From the IMG/VR virus record IMGVR_UViG_3300033143_002710: a stretch of DNA of 64,000 nucleotides. One strand, 5' to 3'. Under the pieces are notes generated by a model. It was given only the letters and a program-made list of their open reading frames with translations, made no database searches and was not told the origin of the DNA. Below, piece by piece: positions 1 to 8,905 of the stretch. The stretch comes from a virus (Duplodnaviria; Heunggongvirae; Uroviricota; Caudoviricetes). A program made the translations under genes and the position numbers. Within the stretch, counting starts at the first letter, position 1. Each line of letters begins with the position of its first letter.

Positions 1-1768
1 TTTGATTGTTGATGCCGAGTCTATCGAGTGGTAGTCCAACCGCGTAAGCGACTTCAGTTGCCAACTCAACCTTATATCCTGACATCGATCCAGAAAGGTC
101 GACGACCAATTGAACGTCAACGTCCTTGGTTGTCATTTTATGAACGCGCCGAAACACTCTGTCGTCACCCGTTGGCACACGATGCAATGCTGAGCCGTCC
201 AGCTTTCCAGATCGAAAACCAGGTATCTTCCTGTCATACGATCTGGCTTGAATCATTCTTTGAAGGCGCTTGGTCAGTTGACCTATGTGCTTTGCAATGT
301 CTTCTTGTCGAACTCGAACGTAAGAGGTGTTGACGTTTTTCGGAGTGTAGCGTTCGATAACGTCTGCGTCCTTAGTGAGCGGCCAGTAGTCTACAGAACT
401 CAGAGCCTTGTCCATCTCTTCACCGATCAATTCATTTGCAAGACTCTCCATGTCTTTCATGTCCTCCATCGCTTCAAGCATTTTCTCCGCTTCAGATTCA
501 AAATCGGAAATGTCCTCTTCTTCCTCTTCTTTCTCTGGTTCCGGTTCGGGTTCGCCTTCTGGTGAAGTTGATCCGCTCTCTTCTTTTTCTTCTCCAGTTT
601 CTTTTCCGTCTTCACTGGTAGCGTCATCACCCTCCGCGTCTTCACCTTCTCCGCCCTCAGTTGATTCTTTTTCGTCCGAGTCAACTTCGTGATCTTCGTC
701 TTTTCCCTTTTCTTCTTCGTCACCTTCGTCACCTTCGTCACCTTCGTCACCCGACTCAGACCCGCTATCGTCTTTTGGCTCCGACTTTTCGACTTCTTCA
801 TCATCAGGCTCATCGTCTTTTCTCGAATCGGGTGGGCGAAAGTCTTCGTCGTCCTCATCAAAATCATCGTCTTCAGAATCGTCACCCTTTTCGCATTCGT
901 CATCGCCTAAGACAGACTCTTCGTCATCATCGTCTTCTATTGGAGACTCAGGGTCTGGTTCTCCATCTCCGTCCGGATCTTTTGGAGGATCGAGTACGTC
1001 GTCCATGCTTGGCTCGGGTGGTTCACCTGGCTCGCCATCCGAACCCGGCTCGCCTTCTCTTTCGGACCTCTCTTTTTCACGCTCCTTCTTACGTTTTTCC
1101 CGCTCTTCTTCTTCCTCTTTTTCTTTCCATTCCATGAGTCTGTTCTTCATGGCTACCGCCAATAACAAGCCGTCATTAGAATTCTTGATATCAGGTATCT
1201 TCTCGATGATATCAAGTCCGATAATTTTCTTGATGTCCTCGAAAGCCTCCCATCTGGTTGACATGAATTCTTCCGCAGCTTCGTTACCTGCCCACGCATG
1301 AATAGCGATTGGCAAACCTGTCGCTACGATATTTGGACGACTGCCGCTGGCAATAGCCGCGTCGAGCGGCTCCTTCAACATCTCTTCGGCTATGAACCCC
1401 CAAACCTCCAGGAGATTGTGTTTGGAACCGGCGTAGAGCTTTTTCATCTCACGCTCTATATATGTGTCTTCGAGAATGTTCCCAACCATTCCTGCTCCAG
1501 ACTTAATTGCTGCCTTTACGCATTTGAAATCCGTAAAAAGAACGTGGGCGCACTCGTGATCTACAAAGCCTTGCACCGCTTTGATAAGGCGATCAGATGC
1601 GTTGTCCGGAACGTATGGGATATTGATTCGTTTTGGATTGCCCGTGACTGGATGCCACTCGACAAAGGCTCGTGAGCCAGCTTGCGTTACCGGCACTGAC
1701 TTCTCTGACAGAGCCGAGATTATAACCTTTATAGTCTCTCTTAGAATTTCTACTTTCGTCAATCTCAT
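1..1768 (-). CDS. VWA-domain protein (CobT-like) with long acidic low-complexity linker; partial, continues beyond window start
   Basis: Manual minus-strand translation from ATG at 1768..1766, preceded by GGAGGTGG RBS. About 230 aa of D/E-rich linker are followed by a VVDLSGSM MIDAS motif typical of von Willebrand A domains. No in-frame stop is reached before position 1, which explains why the ORF track does not list it. Confidence 0.75.
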   Translation of the reverse strand, partial: MRLTKVEILRETIKVIISALSEKSVPVTQAGSRAFVEWHPVTGNPKRINIPYVPDNASDRLIKAVQGFVDHECAHVLFTDFKCVKAAIKSGAGMVGNILEDTYIEREMKKLYAGSKHNLLEVWGFIAEEMLKEPLDAAIASGSRPNIVATGLPIAIHAWAGNEAAEEFMSTRWEAFEDIKKIIGLDIIEKIPDIKNSNDGLLLAVAMKNRLMEWKEKEEEEEREKRKKEREKERSEREGEPGSDGEPGEPPEPSMDDVLDPPKDPDGDGEPDPESPIEDDDDEESVLGDDECEKGDDSEDDDFDEDDEDFRPPDSRKDDEPDDEEVEKSEPKDDSGSESGDEGDEGDEGDEEEKGKDEDHEVDSDEKESTEGGEGEDAEGDDATSEDGKETGEEKEESGSTSPEGEPEPEPEKEEEEEDISDFESEAEKMLEAMEDMKDMESLANELIGEEMDKALSSVDYWPLTKDADVIERYTPKNVNTSYVRVRQEDIAKHIGQLTKRLQRMIQARSYDRKIPGFRSGKLDGSALHRVPTGDDRVFRRVHKMTTKDVDVQLVVDLSGSMSGYKVELATEVAYAVGLPLDRLGINNQ

Positions 1769-1798
1769 TGACCACCTCCGATTTGATTAGCCGATCTT

Positions 1799-1840
1799 GC
1801 TGGCGACTCATTGCTTATGGTACAGCAAAAAGTCGCCAGC
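1799..1840 (-). other. Compound stem-loop in the 5' leader of the VWA gene (10-bp outer stem, 5-bp inner stem)
   Basis: GCTGGCGACT ... AGTCGCCAGC forms a perfect 10-bp inverted repeat enclosing TTGCT/AGCAA. No U-run follows on either strand, so it is not a classical intrinsic terminator. Confidence 0.5.
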
Positions 1841-1871
1841 GGGGTAGGTGACTTTGATACTACCTGGATGG

Positions 1872-1946
1872 TAGTGAGGGGTGGACTCGAACCACCGACC
1901 AACGGGTTATAAGCCACGCTGCTCTAACCTGCTGAGCTACCCCACC
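1872..1946 (-). tRNA. tRNA-like element with degenerate anticodon stem (possible pseudo-tRNA); 3' CCA encoded at 1871..1869
   Basis: The reverse complement gives a canonical acceptor stem (GGTGGGG/CCTCACT with two G-U pairs). The D-arm (TAGCTCAGCAGGTTAGAGC) and T-arm (GGTGG TTCGAGT CCACC) plus discriminator A and CCA are also canonical. The 17-nt anticodon region GCGTGGCTTATAACCCG cannot form a 5-bp stem. Confidence 0.5.
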
Positions 1947-1953
1947 TTAATTT

Positions 1954-3327
1954 TTATCCCCACTCTCCAACGGACGGATCAGCCTTATTCTTTCTGTCGT
2001 TTTCGATATCGTAGGCGTCTTTGTCATCGCGAAACCACTTGAATCGAGGGTGTCTCATACTCTTGTCGGGCGTGACTTCGTGGAACCAGACTTCGACAAC
2101 CTTTCCGACCAAATTACCGGCATTATGATCAATCCACAGTTGCGCTCGTTCAACGTCCGAGAAACCACCGCCGACGTTCACTTTGACGCCGTTGAAATCA
2201 ACGATGATAGCGCCAAGCATTCCTTCGTACTTACCAGTGCCTTCTTCTGCTCCAATGATAACAACGTCCTCTTCTTCCTGGCCCTTCATTTTCATCCAGT
2301 CGACATTCCTGCGTGGATGATACAGCCCGTCGATACGCTTGAGAATAAGACCTTCAAGTCCACGCGCTCGAACACCATCGTAAATGGCGGTTATTTCTTC
2401 AAACGTTCGAACGATATAGCTGGGCGGCAGAATTACCCCATCGTCCTCACCGAGATTCGCAGCGTCATATACCTGCCGCAATTCTTTGTGCCTTTCTTCG
2501 TAAGGGACAGATGGATTTGGTTTGCTGCGAAGCTGCTGAAAGACCTCGAGTGGGAAGGCGTCGAAACAATAAAACTTACCATTCTCGAATTTGTGACCCG
2601 CCTTGCGGCCCTGTCTCATTGTGTCAGCGAAGTTTTCACCCATCAGTTCGCCGTCGAACACCATAAGCGTCTCAGGTTTCCACATATCGATACCCTCTTC
2701 GTACATGGTCTTCAAGGTGTTGATGACGTTATCGCTGATCGAATCAACCAGCTTGCCTGATCGTGTTCTGAACTCGAACCCGTCCTGGTTGCCAATGGCG
2801 AGCAGGCGCATACCATCGTATTTCGGCTCGACTCTGATTGGATATTGAATCTTTGCCTCGTCGAACTTGTGGGCCAGCATCACATCAAAAGAGAATAAAG
2901 TTCCTGGCCGCACACGATTCACTGTATTAGCGCCAGCACCAACGCGTAAATCCTTCGACAGAATCTTAATCAAAAGATCGTGTGACGGGCCGTCGTACTC
3001 ACCTACTACACGACGAATCACATCTTTTGCCGCGTTGCCAGTCAATGATCTGTTTGCTAGATCGATTAACAACCTGAAGAAAGACGATCCTTTGTAATCG
3101 TCCGCAGTTAGCATTTGACCGGTTGATGAACCTTCGATGCCTTCCAAGAACGAGAGGTCTTTGATGCCAAACGTAATCATTGGATCGAGAGCCTGTACGA
3201 TGATGACCCTGAACAGTTCGTCGTTCAAACTCTCCTTCATCACCCTCTCTTTGTCTTTACGACCGGGCCAATCCCCAATCTCCTGAATCATTTTCAGAAC
3301 TACGGTGCTATTTGTCATCGGCTTCAT
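1954..3327 (-). CDS. ATP-dependent DNA ligase
   Basis: KYDGMR (motif I, KxDG adenylation lysine) and EGLILK-type motifs, plus an OB-fold-like C-terminus. The likely start is the second ATG at 3318, preceded by AGAGGA. Confidence 0.9.
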   Translation of the reverse strand: MKPMTNSTVVLKMIQEIGDWPGRKDKERVMKESLNDELFRVIIVQALDPMITFGIKDLSFLEGIEGSSTGQMLTADDYKGSSFFRLLIDLANRSLTGNAAKDVIRRVVGEYDGPSHDLLIKILSKDLRVGAGANTVNRVRPGTLFSFDVMLAHKFDEAKIQYPIRVEPKYDGMRLLAIGNQDGFEFRTRSGKLVDSISDNVINTLKTMYEEGIDMWKPETLMVFDGELMGENFADTMRQGRKAGHKFENGKFYCFDAFPLEVFQQLRSKPNPSVPYEERHKELRQVYDAANLGEDDGVILPPSYIVRTFEEITAIYDGVRARGLEGLILKRIDGLYHPRRNVDWMKMKGQEEEDVVIIGAEEGTGKYEGMLGAIIVDFNGVKVNVGGGFSDVERAQLWIDHNAGNLVGKVVEVWFHEVTPDKSMRHPRFKWFRDDKDAYDIENDRKNKADPSVGEWG

Positions 3328-3610
3328 CCTCTATAATTTTATTCACCAGATCAGCGTGACTCGCTGAGTTTTCCGATAGAGCTTCCTCCATCGACAAATC
3401 TCTCTTGACAGGTGGGTCTATTCGAACCTCCATGCCAAGACTTTTCTTTTCTCGCGGCGGATCAGGCTCGCAGAAGTTTTCCGTGGTTCCGATCACAGGT
3501 GGGTCATCTTTCTTTGCCGTTTTGAGATACTTCTTTATCTTCTCGAACAAAGCAATTGAAAGGAATCCGTTTTCGTCTTTCGTTTCTATACTCATGCCCA
3601 ACCTCCCCAT
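3308..3610 (-). CDS. hypothetical protein (probable start at 3595; ATGA overlap with upstream stop)
   Basis: Minus-strand ORF in the gene block. An internal ATG at 3595..3593 overlaps the stop of 3592..4347 (translational coupling). Confidence 0.5.
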   Translation of the reverse strand: MGRLGMSIETKDENGFLSIALFEKIKKYLKTAKKDDPPVIGTTENFCEPDPPREKKSLGMEVRIDPPVKRDLSMEEALSENSASHADLVNKIIEDEADDK

Positions 3611-4347
3611 TCTGAACCGCGTATGACGCTCGGCTCTGGTATGTGAATTTCAGCTTTACTTTCTATTGTTGTGACTGACGATGCCACCATCTTGTCTCTC
3701 AAGCCGTCAGCCAATTGTATTATTTCCTTGATTCTATCCCCATCCATAGGGGAGTGTGACACTGGCTCACCGCCCAACACATCTGCTAAATCGTCCTTAG
3801 CTGATGTCATAAATTCGTCTATAGCAAGTATATTATCAGCATATTTACCGCCGCTCTTGAATGTAGCTTTAACCCTTGAGGCCATCCCTTGATTTAATTG
3901 ATTGCAAGTAACGGTCTCATCGTCTAAATCAATTATGCCGAACATCGTCTTATTGAAACAGGCTTCACTGTCCCATGCGTCATCAGCCCCTACTATTTGT
4001 AGTCTTAGTTTTGCCTTTTCATGGTTGCTTGCTTCCAACGCTTTGCCGAGATTTTTCAGAGGACCAATAACTGAATACTCGGCATCACCAACCATTTCCA
4101 GATCAATGTTTTCGTCCAAAGCGTTCATAGATGATTTTGCAATTCTTCCTGACAAATATTTGCCAAGTAATAAGTCCGTTCTGAATGTCTTTATATATCC
4201 ATCTGGTTTGCCACCCCAGGACTCTATCAGCATTCTTGTCGTCGCGTCAGTCCTGCTAATTACGTCCCAGACGTATCGCAGGGTCATTTTACCATGACCG
4301 TTTCTACGTCTGAATTGTAAGGACTGTACGCTAAAATCTATTGCCAT
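3592..4347 (-). CDS. hypothetical protein (251 aa)
   Basis: Long ORF preceded by GGAGGTGA RBS. No recognisable motif. Confidence 0.6.
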   Translation of the reverse strand: MAIDFSVQSLQFRRRNGHGKMTLRYVWDVISRTDATTRMLIESWGGKPDGYIKTFRTDLLLGKYLSGRIAKSSMNALDENIDLEMVGDAEYSVIGPLKNLGKALEASNHEKAKLRLQIVGADDAWDSEACFNKTMFGIIDLDDETVTCNQLNQGMASRVKATFKSGGKYADNILAIDEFMTSAKDDLADVLGGEPVSHSPMDGDRIKEIIQLADGLRDKMVASSVTTIESKAEIHIPEPSVIRGSEWGGWA

Positions 4348-4420
4348 TGGTCACCTCCAACCGTATGTTTGTGTTTCGATTTCTGAAGTATGCCATATAT
4401 AAGAATAGAAAACATCACGG

Positions 4421-5524
4421 CTATAGCAGTTGCCTAAGCAACTCCATTTTTTGACCTGGAATGGCTAAGTCTTTCGCGCTATAATAGCACTTGATTACTT
4501 CTTCCGGGCGCATCTCGTTCGGGTCTTTACCGTCAGGTAATATCGCGACTCGAACTCTTAGACCCAATCTCTGTAGTCGCACTGCCGCTTCGAGTGCTTT
4601 CTTGAGGGCGCGTCTTTCGCCATCCCACATGAAGGTCACTCGTTGTAATCCCAGGCGCTGTAGCTTCACGAAGCAGCCAACCTGATCATCACCATCGGAA
4701 GAAATATTATCAGACAAGTGCATTCCAAAGGTAGCTGTCACTCCAACATTGGCAAGATCAATGTCGGCTCGCATAGCTTTGAGAACAGACCAACAATCGA
4801 ATACGCCCTCGGTCACCACAATCTCTTTCTTCCCCTTCGCGAGATTTCCACCGTAAAGAAAGCGTCCACTCGCTGGCAAGCCTGGTGGGAACAGGTACTT
4901 TCTATCACTCAGACCTGGTACATCTCGACCTTGGAAAGTGACTTGCTCTCCGTCTAGGTTGAAGATGGGAATCACAACTCTTTCCCCGTAGTATTGAATT
5001 CCTTCCCTTTCCCCTATAGAATTCGACCACCGAAACTCACCGCCGTCGCAATAGCACAAGCCGAACTCTTTGGACATTTCGGCTGATATTCCACGATTGC
5101 TTAGATATTCCATATGATTGCCGTGTTCATCTGGAATCGACACGCATCTTGATGGAAATAATGGGCCGGTTGATATTATCGGTGGGGCGGCTGGTAGAGG
5201 CGCTCTCTTTGGTTTCCAGCCGTGTCTCGCTGCTAATCTCTTTAGATAGGTAATTACATCTTTCGCTGGCGGATTGCTAAGTTGTTCGCGTATGAACGAA
5301 TACTTGTTGAAGGTCTTTTGATGACAGTCACCGTGAAAGCAATTGCCAAGGCCAGACTCTTGATTTATCCAAACTCTCCACTTTCGATCACCACAGGCTG
5401 GACACTCTTGAATGTTGAATTGTGGGCCTGATGATCCCGTTCGTTCCTTGTATTCGATACCCTCGTATTCCAAAAAGTCGATTATGTCTAGATGTTTTAA
5501 CGCCTCTGTTAATTCCGATCCCAT
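4421..5524 (-). CDS. DNA primase (DnaG-like: CHC2 zinc finger plus TOPRIM)
   Basis: CPACGDRKWRVW...CFHGDCHQK zinc-binding motif and TOPRIM VVTEGVFDCWS (EGxxD). Confidence 0.85.
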   Translation of the reverse strand: MGSELTEALKHLDIIDFLEYEGIEYKERTGSSGPQFNIQECPACGDRKWRVWINQESGLGNCFHGDCHQKTFNKYSFIREQLSNPPAKDVITYLKRLAARHGWKPKRAPLPAAPPIISTGPLFPSRCVSIPDEHGNHMEYLSNRGISAEMSKEFGLCYCDGGEFRWSNSIGEREGIQYYGERVVIPIFNLDGEQVTFQGRDVPGLSDRKYLFPPGLPASGRFLYGGNLAKGKKEIVVTEGVFDCWSVLKAMRADIDLANVGVTATFGMHLSDNISSDGDDQVGCFVKLQRLGLQRVTFMWDGERRALKKALEAAVRLQRLGLRVRVAILPDGKDPNEMRPEEVIKCYYSAKDLAIPGQKMELLRQLL

Positions 5525-5589
5525 TGTTACCTCTGTATATGGTGTTGTAGCTTACGTCGCCCCAGGCCGCACTACAAAGGACTGGTCCT

Positions 5590-5808
5590 TCATTTCAGAC
5601 CTACTCCCATGCAGTTTATCCAATTGTCAGTTCCGTCTAAATAAAACTCTTCACATTTTTCCGGCAGACTTATTCGATGTCTTGCCACTTTCTTTTCAAC
5701 TTTCTCTACCGGCAAAACATTGAATACAGTCCCAACAATAAAACACAAGATGATAATTATTGTCGTAATGACGGTCGATTCAAAAGGCTTCATTTTGAGT
5801 TTACACAC
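5590..5808 (-). CDS. small membrane protein
   Basis: Hydrophobic segment TVITTIIIILCFIVGTVF. Minus-strand ORF. Confidence 0.4.
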   Translation of the reverse strand: MCKLKMKPFESTVITTIIIILCFIVGTVFNVLPVEKVEKKVARHRISLPEKCEEFYLDGTDNWINCMGVGLK

Positions 5809-5814
5809 CCGACT

Positions 5815-6033
5815 TCATGCACGATCCGAGTCCTCGTTATGAGGGTTTACACTTGGCGGATTATTCTCACCAAAATGACCGTTATTCCGAATGTCTGCCC
5901 ATGACCAACTTTCGGCCCCACTTACGTGCAATATAAAGCTGATCTCACCTTCTGGTAATTCCGGGTGATTAGTTTCGCGGAGAATCTTTTGTACTGCACT
6001 CGCTATTTGTTGTTTTTGACTCATTGAAAACAT
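5815..6033 (-). CDS. hypothetical protein
   Basis: ORF in the co-oriented block. Confidence 0.4.
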   Translation of the reverse strand: MFSMSQKQQIASAVQKILRETNHPELPEGEISFILHVSGAESWSWADIRNNGHFGENNPPSVNPHNEDSDRA

Positions 6034-6036
6034 AAT

Positions 6037-6411
6037 TTACTCCCGTCCTTTCTCAGTAGTCTTCTTGTATCGACACGGATTACGTTCTTGTCTTGCTCGA
6101 CGCTCTTGATGCGCTAATGACCAGGCATCATCGGTCAGTTCAACCCAATTAGTTCCTTGTCCGTTATGATCTTTAATAACTATACGACCGAACCCGACAA
6201 ACCCATTTTCCGCCCAACATTTAGCAATCTGAATATCGTCTTCATTCAGACGACGCATATCCACTCGGCCACCAAGATCAACAGCGCATGTTTCGAAGTA
6301 CAATAGTAACGACCGCTCATTACGACTCATTTTATTAAGATTCATCGTCGTTCTCCTGGTTTGAATCATCTGGAACACCTTCCAGAGCCTCGCACAGACT
6401 CTTTGGGTCAT
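6037..6411 (-). CDS. hypothetical protein (likely shorter, starting near 6330-6345)
   Basis: ORF overlaps the upstream gene. Internal ATGs lie just downstream of the 6335 stop. Confidence 0.45.
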   Translation of the reverse strand: MTQRVCARLWKVFQMIQTRRTTMNLNKMSRNERSLLLYFETCAVDLGGRVDMRRLNEDDIQIAKCWAENGFVGFGRIVIKDHNGQGTNWVELTDDAWSLAHQERRARQERNPCRYKKTTEKGRE

Positions 6412-6691
6412 TGAATATCGGCCCTCTGTATTCCATATTGTGAACGTGCAAGAAAACCCAGATGCTTTTATACCTATCGCTTTGGATAACGTATTCGTAC
6501 TGCTTGATGAAATCTCTGGCGCAATCTCTCACAAGCCTGAGCTTTGTTCTTTCCTTCTTGAGCGTGTCGACCTCATCAGACATGGTGTTGATTAATTTGG
6601 CGGCATCATTGAGTTTTTGTCTATCTACTGACGACATAAACTCTGGCGTATTCGATCTGGCCGAAAGCCATTTTGATAATTCGTTTTTCAT
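6335..6691 (-). CDS. hypothetical protein
   Basis: ORF in the co-oriented block, with charged coiled-coil-like composition. Confidence 0.45.
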   Translation of the reverse strand: MKNELSKWLSARSNTPEFMSSVDRQKLNDAAKLINTMSDEVDTLKKERTKLRLVRDCARDFIKQYEYVIQSDRYKSIWVFLHVHNMEYRGPIFNDPKSLCEALEGVPDDSNQENDDES

Positions 6692-6927
6692 TTTTGATTA
6701 CCTGAGATAGTAATTGCAACGTGCGCGAGCCGTCTAAATTCATCCATGAGTTCGTCAGATGGCGGGTTATGCTCAATCAATTCCTCAACAAACACCTGCC
6801 AGTCAGTGTTTTCGGCGATTAGATTTTCAACCGCTTCGATAAGCTCCCGAATGTTATCCATATCCTTCTTGCCAAGAGCATTTATTTGCTCATCAGGATA
6901 TTGAGATTTGATTTTTTCTATATTCAC
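6688..6927 (-). CDS. hypothetical protein
   Basis: ORF with a 4-nt overlap with its downstream neighbour. Confidence 0.45.
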   Translation of the reverse strand: MNIEKIKSQYPDEQINALGKKDMDNIRELIEAVENLIAENTDWQVFVEELIEHNPPSDELMDEFRRLAHVAITISGNQK

Positions 6928-6944
6928 TTTGATGTCTCATCTAC

Positions 6945-7238
6945 TTACGTTTTTGCACCGAGAAATTTCTCGATCTTCATTGATATCTTAGCACCAAACA
7001 TGCTGCCGCAAGCGGTGCCAATGATGTATGGCGCAAACAAAGCGTAGCTTAGTTCCGCCGTAAACAACTCTCTCATCATAAGCAACCAAATACCGTTGCT
7101 GAAAACGGCGCAGAAACCGTTGTACAACATATGATCTCGATTCTTTGACCTCGATGTCATCGTGAAGGCTATGCTTTGCACAAAAGCTAACACTAGAATG
7201 AATAGTAACGGCGCGACTGTTAGTATCGTCTGTTCCAT
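6945..7238 (-). CDS. hypothetical membrane protein
   Basis: Two or three hydrophobic helices (LLFILVLAFVQSIAF, GIWLLMM, YIIGTACGSMF). Confidence 0.45.
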   Translation of the reverse strand: MEQTILTVAPLLFILVLAFVQSIAFTMTSRSKNRDHMLYNGFCAVFSNGIWLLMMRELFTAELSYALFAPYIIGTACGSMFGAKISMKIEKFLGAKT

Positions 7239-7257
7239 ATTTATCCCCTTGTTTTGG

Positions 7258-7331
7258 TTGGCTCGGTAGGAATCGAACCTACAACCTCTCGCGTATCAGG
7301 CGAACGCTCTAACCAAATGAGCTACGAGCCA
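7258..7331 (-). tRNA. tRNA-Ile (anticodon GAT)
   Basis: Reverse complement is TGGCTCG TA GCTC ATTTGGTTA GAGC G TTCGC CTGATAC GCGAG AGGTT GTAGG TTCGATT CCTAC CGAGCCA A. Full cloverleaf, anticodon loop CTGATAC. Confidence 0.85.
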
Positions 7332-7431
7332 TAAATTTAGCATGTTGGCCTACCAACTCCGGGGTGCGACTCCCGCACAGATCACGCTGTACACGGTTAG
7401 CTTTGCCCAATCGGGCGGCGGCTCTACCTGG

Positions 7432-7504
7432 TGCCGAATCGAGGAGTCGAACCCCGGACAAACTGCTTACAAGGCAGTTGCTCTACCAACTGAGCTAATT
7501 CGGC
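7432..7504 (-). tRNA. tRNA-Thr (anticodon TGT)
   Basis: Reverse complement is GCCGAAT TA GCTC AGTTGGTA GAGC A ACTGC CTTGTAA GCAGT TTGTC CGGGG TTCGACT CCTCG ATTCGGC A. Perfect acceptor and anticodon stems. Confidence 0.85.
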
Positions 7505-7513
7505 GAAATTTGG

Positions 7514-7585
7514 TTGGTCGGGTAGGGCTCGAACCTACAACCTCCGTAGTACAACACGGGCTCTGCCAATTGGAGCTACCGACCA
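7514..7585 (-). tRNA. tRNA with non-canonical 16-nt anticodon stem-loop (candidate GTA/Tyr-like anticodon)
   Basis: The acceptor stem (TGGTCGG/CCGACCA), D-arm (GCTC...GAGC) and T-arm (GTAGG TTCGAGC CCTAC) are canonical. The anticodon arm CCGTG TTGTAC TACGG has a 6-nt loop, or a 4-bp stem with an 8-nt loop. Confidence 0.6.
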
Positions 7586-8902
7586 TTATTCGACCGCTAA
7601 TATCCTAGCTATGAATTTGCCACGATCCAGAGCGGTCTGTACTTTGATTGTAACATCAGCGGCCTGATTTCTGGAAGCGGCAAAATATAACCTTCTGATT
7701 CCTCTTGTTACTTCGTCTGCCGTAGCGTTGATTGATATCAACAGATCGCAGGTTCTGGCCTTATTTATGTCGTCTGATATGTCAGTCATCTTTGCTACGG
7801 CCGCCTTCATGCCTTCTCGATTTGTCTGCGTTGCTGAAAGCATTGCCAGGTCATGTTGCTGTGCGATACCTCGTAGGTCGATGTAGATGCGCTTTGAGTT
7901 CTCGATCACATCATCCATCGTCCTTGTTGGAATCATCAGATCGGCGTAGTCGACCACAACGAGATCGAACTTGATTCCCATCGCGTCATATCGACTGATC
8001 AATCTGTTCAAGTCCTGCGGCGTCATCGCACCAGAAGGAAATTCGTGTAGTTTGAACACCCCGCCCTTTGCCATTGCGGCGTTGACAGAATCGAAAACCT
8101 CCTCTGATCGAGAGGCAATCTCTGAAAATGGTATCTCGGATATGCTGGCGTCCAATCTTTCGGCTACGATCTTGGAGGCGACCTCAAGCGTCACATATAA
8201 GACGTTGAAGCTGAGTAGACAGGCTGCTCTTGCAGCATCAATCAGCATGGTTGTTTTGCCGGATTTCGCACCGCCCATGATCAGGCTGAGTTCTTTTCTG
8301 CCCCAGCCCTTGTGGTACAGCATCGCGTCCATTGGTCCGATGCCCGTAGGGATGCCATCGTGAACCACCCTACCCGCTGTGATATCGTCTCTAAGCGTCT
8401 TTCTGCCCAAAGACTCACCAACGTAGTCATATGCCCCTAAAGTATCGTCACAGCCCACCTCGTTGGCTTTGCGCACTATTTCCTCGACTGTATCAAAGTC
8501 TCCCTTTTCAATTAGATCGACTGAGTTAAGAATTGCGTCTGATAGAGCCTGGTGTTTGGCGAATTCAGCCACCTTATCGACGATGAAATCTCTGTCGACA
8601 ATCTTGAGGGCTATTAGCTCAGCCAGCTTGCCTTTGACATCTGGAATCATGTCCTTTCTGATTCGAGACTCTTTGATCCCCTTGGTCAAAACTTCTTTGA
8701 TGACGCCGGGGTCTGCTGGGAGCCTGCGATACTTCTGGAAATGATCCTGCCATATGGCAAACAAAGAACCTTCAATCTCGCTTGTGAAATACTCTGGCCT
8801 TATGAGTCCGTCTGTTCTTATACAGAAGTCAACGTCACGTAAGGCCAGTGCAGCCACGCAAGACTGAAACTCCTCATCGAAGGAATATGTTGCAGTCGTC
8901 AT
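7586..8902 (-). CDS. DnaB-like replicative DNA helicase
   Basis: Walker A GGAKSGKTT, Walker B LVVVDYADLM and a DnaB-type N-terminal domain. Confidence 0.9.
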   Translation of the reverse strand: MTTATYSFDEEFQSCVAALALRDVDFCIRTDGLIRPEYFTSEIEGSLFAIWQDHFQKYRRLPADPGVIKEVLTKGIKESRIRKDMIPDVKGKLAELIALKIVDRDFIVDKVAEFAKHQALSDAILNSVDLIEKGDFDTVEEIVRKANEVGCDDTLGAYDYVGESLGRKTLRDDITAGRVVHDGIPTGIGPMDAMLYHKGWGRKELSLIMGGAKSGKTTMLIDAARAACLLSFNVLYVTLEVASKIVAERLDASISEIPFSEIASRSEEVFDSVNAAMAKGGVFKLHEFPSGAMTPQDLNRLISRYDAMGIKFDLVVVDYADLMIPTRTMDDVIENSKRIYIDLRGIAQQHDLAMLSATQTNREGMKAAVAKMTDISDDINKARTCDLLISINATADEVTRGIRRLYFAASRNQAADVTIKVQTALDRGKFIARILAVE

Positions 8903-8905
8903 GGA

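Noticed and set aside
4428-4452. Hairpin AGTTGC-CTAA-GCAACT followed by T6 on the plus strand, as a terminator
   Set aside because: It lies inside the last codons of the primase gene, is oriented opposite to local transcription, and has only a 6-bp stem.
7332-7431. Fourth tRNA in the 100-nt spacer between tRNA-Ile and tRNA-Thr
   Set aside because: No acceptor/T-arm cloverleaf could be folded by hand. Only a simple GTGCG/CGCAC hairpin is present, so it is left as unassigned non-coding RNA or spacer. The listed plus-strand ORF 7342..7608 overlaps the tRNAs and is spurious.
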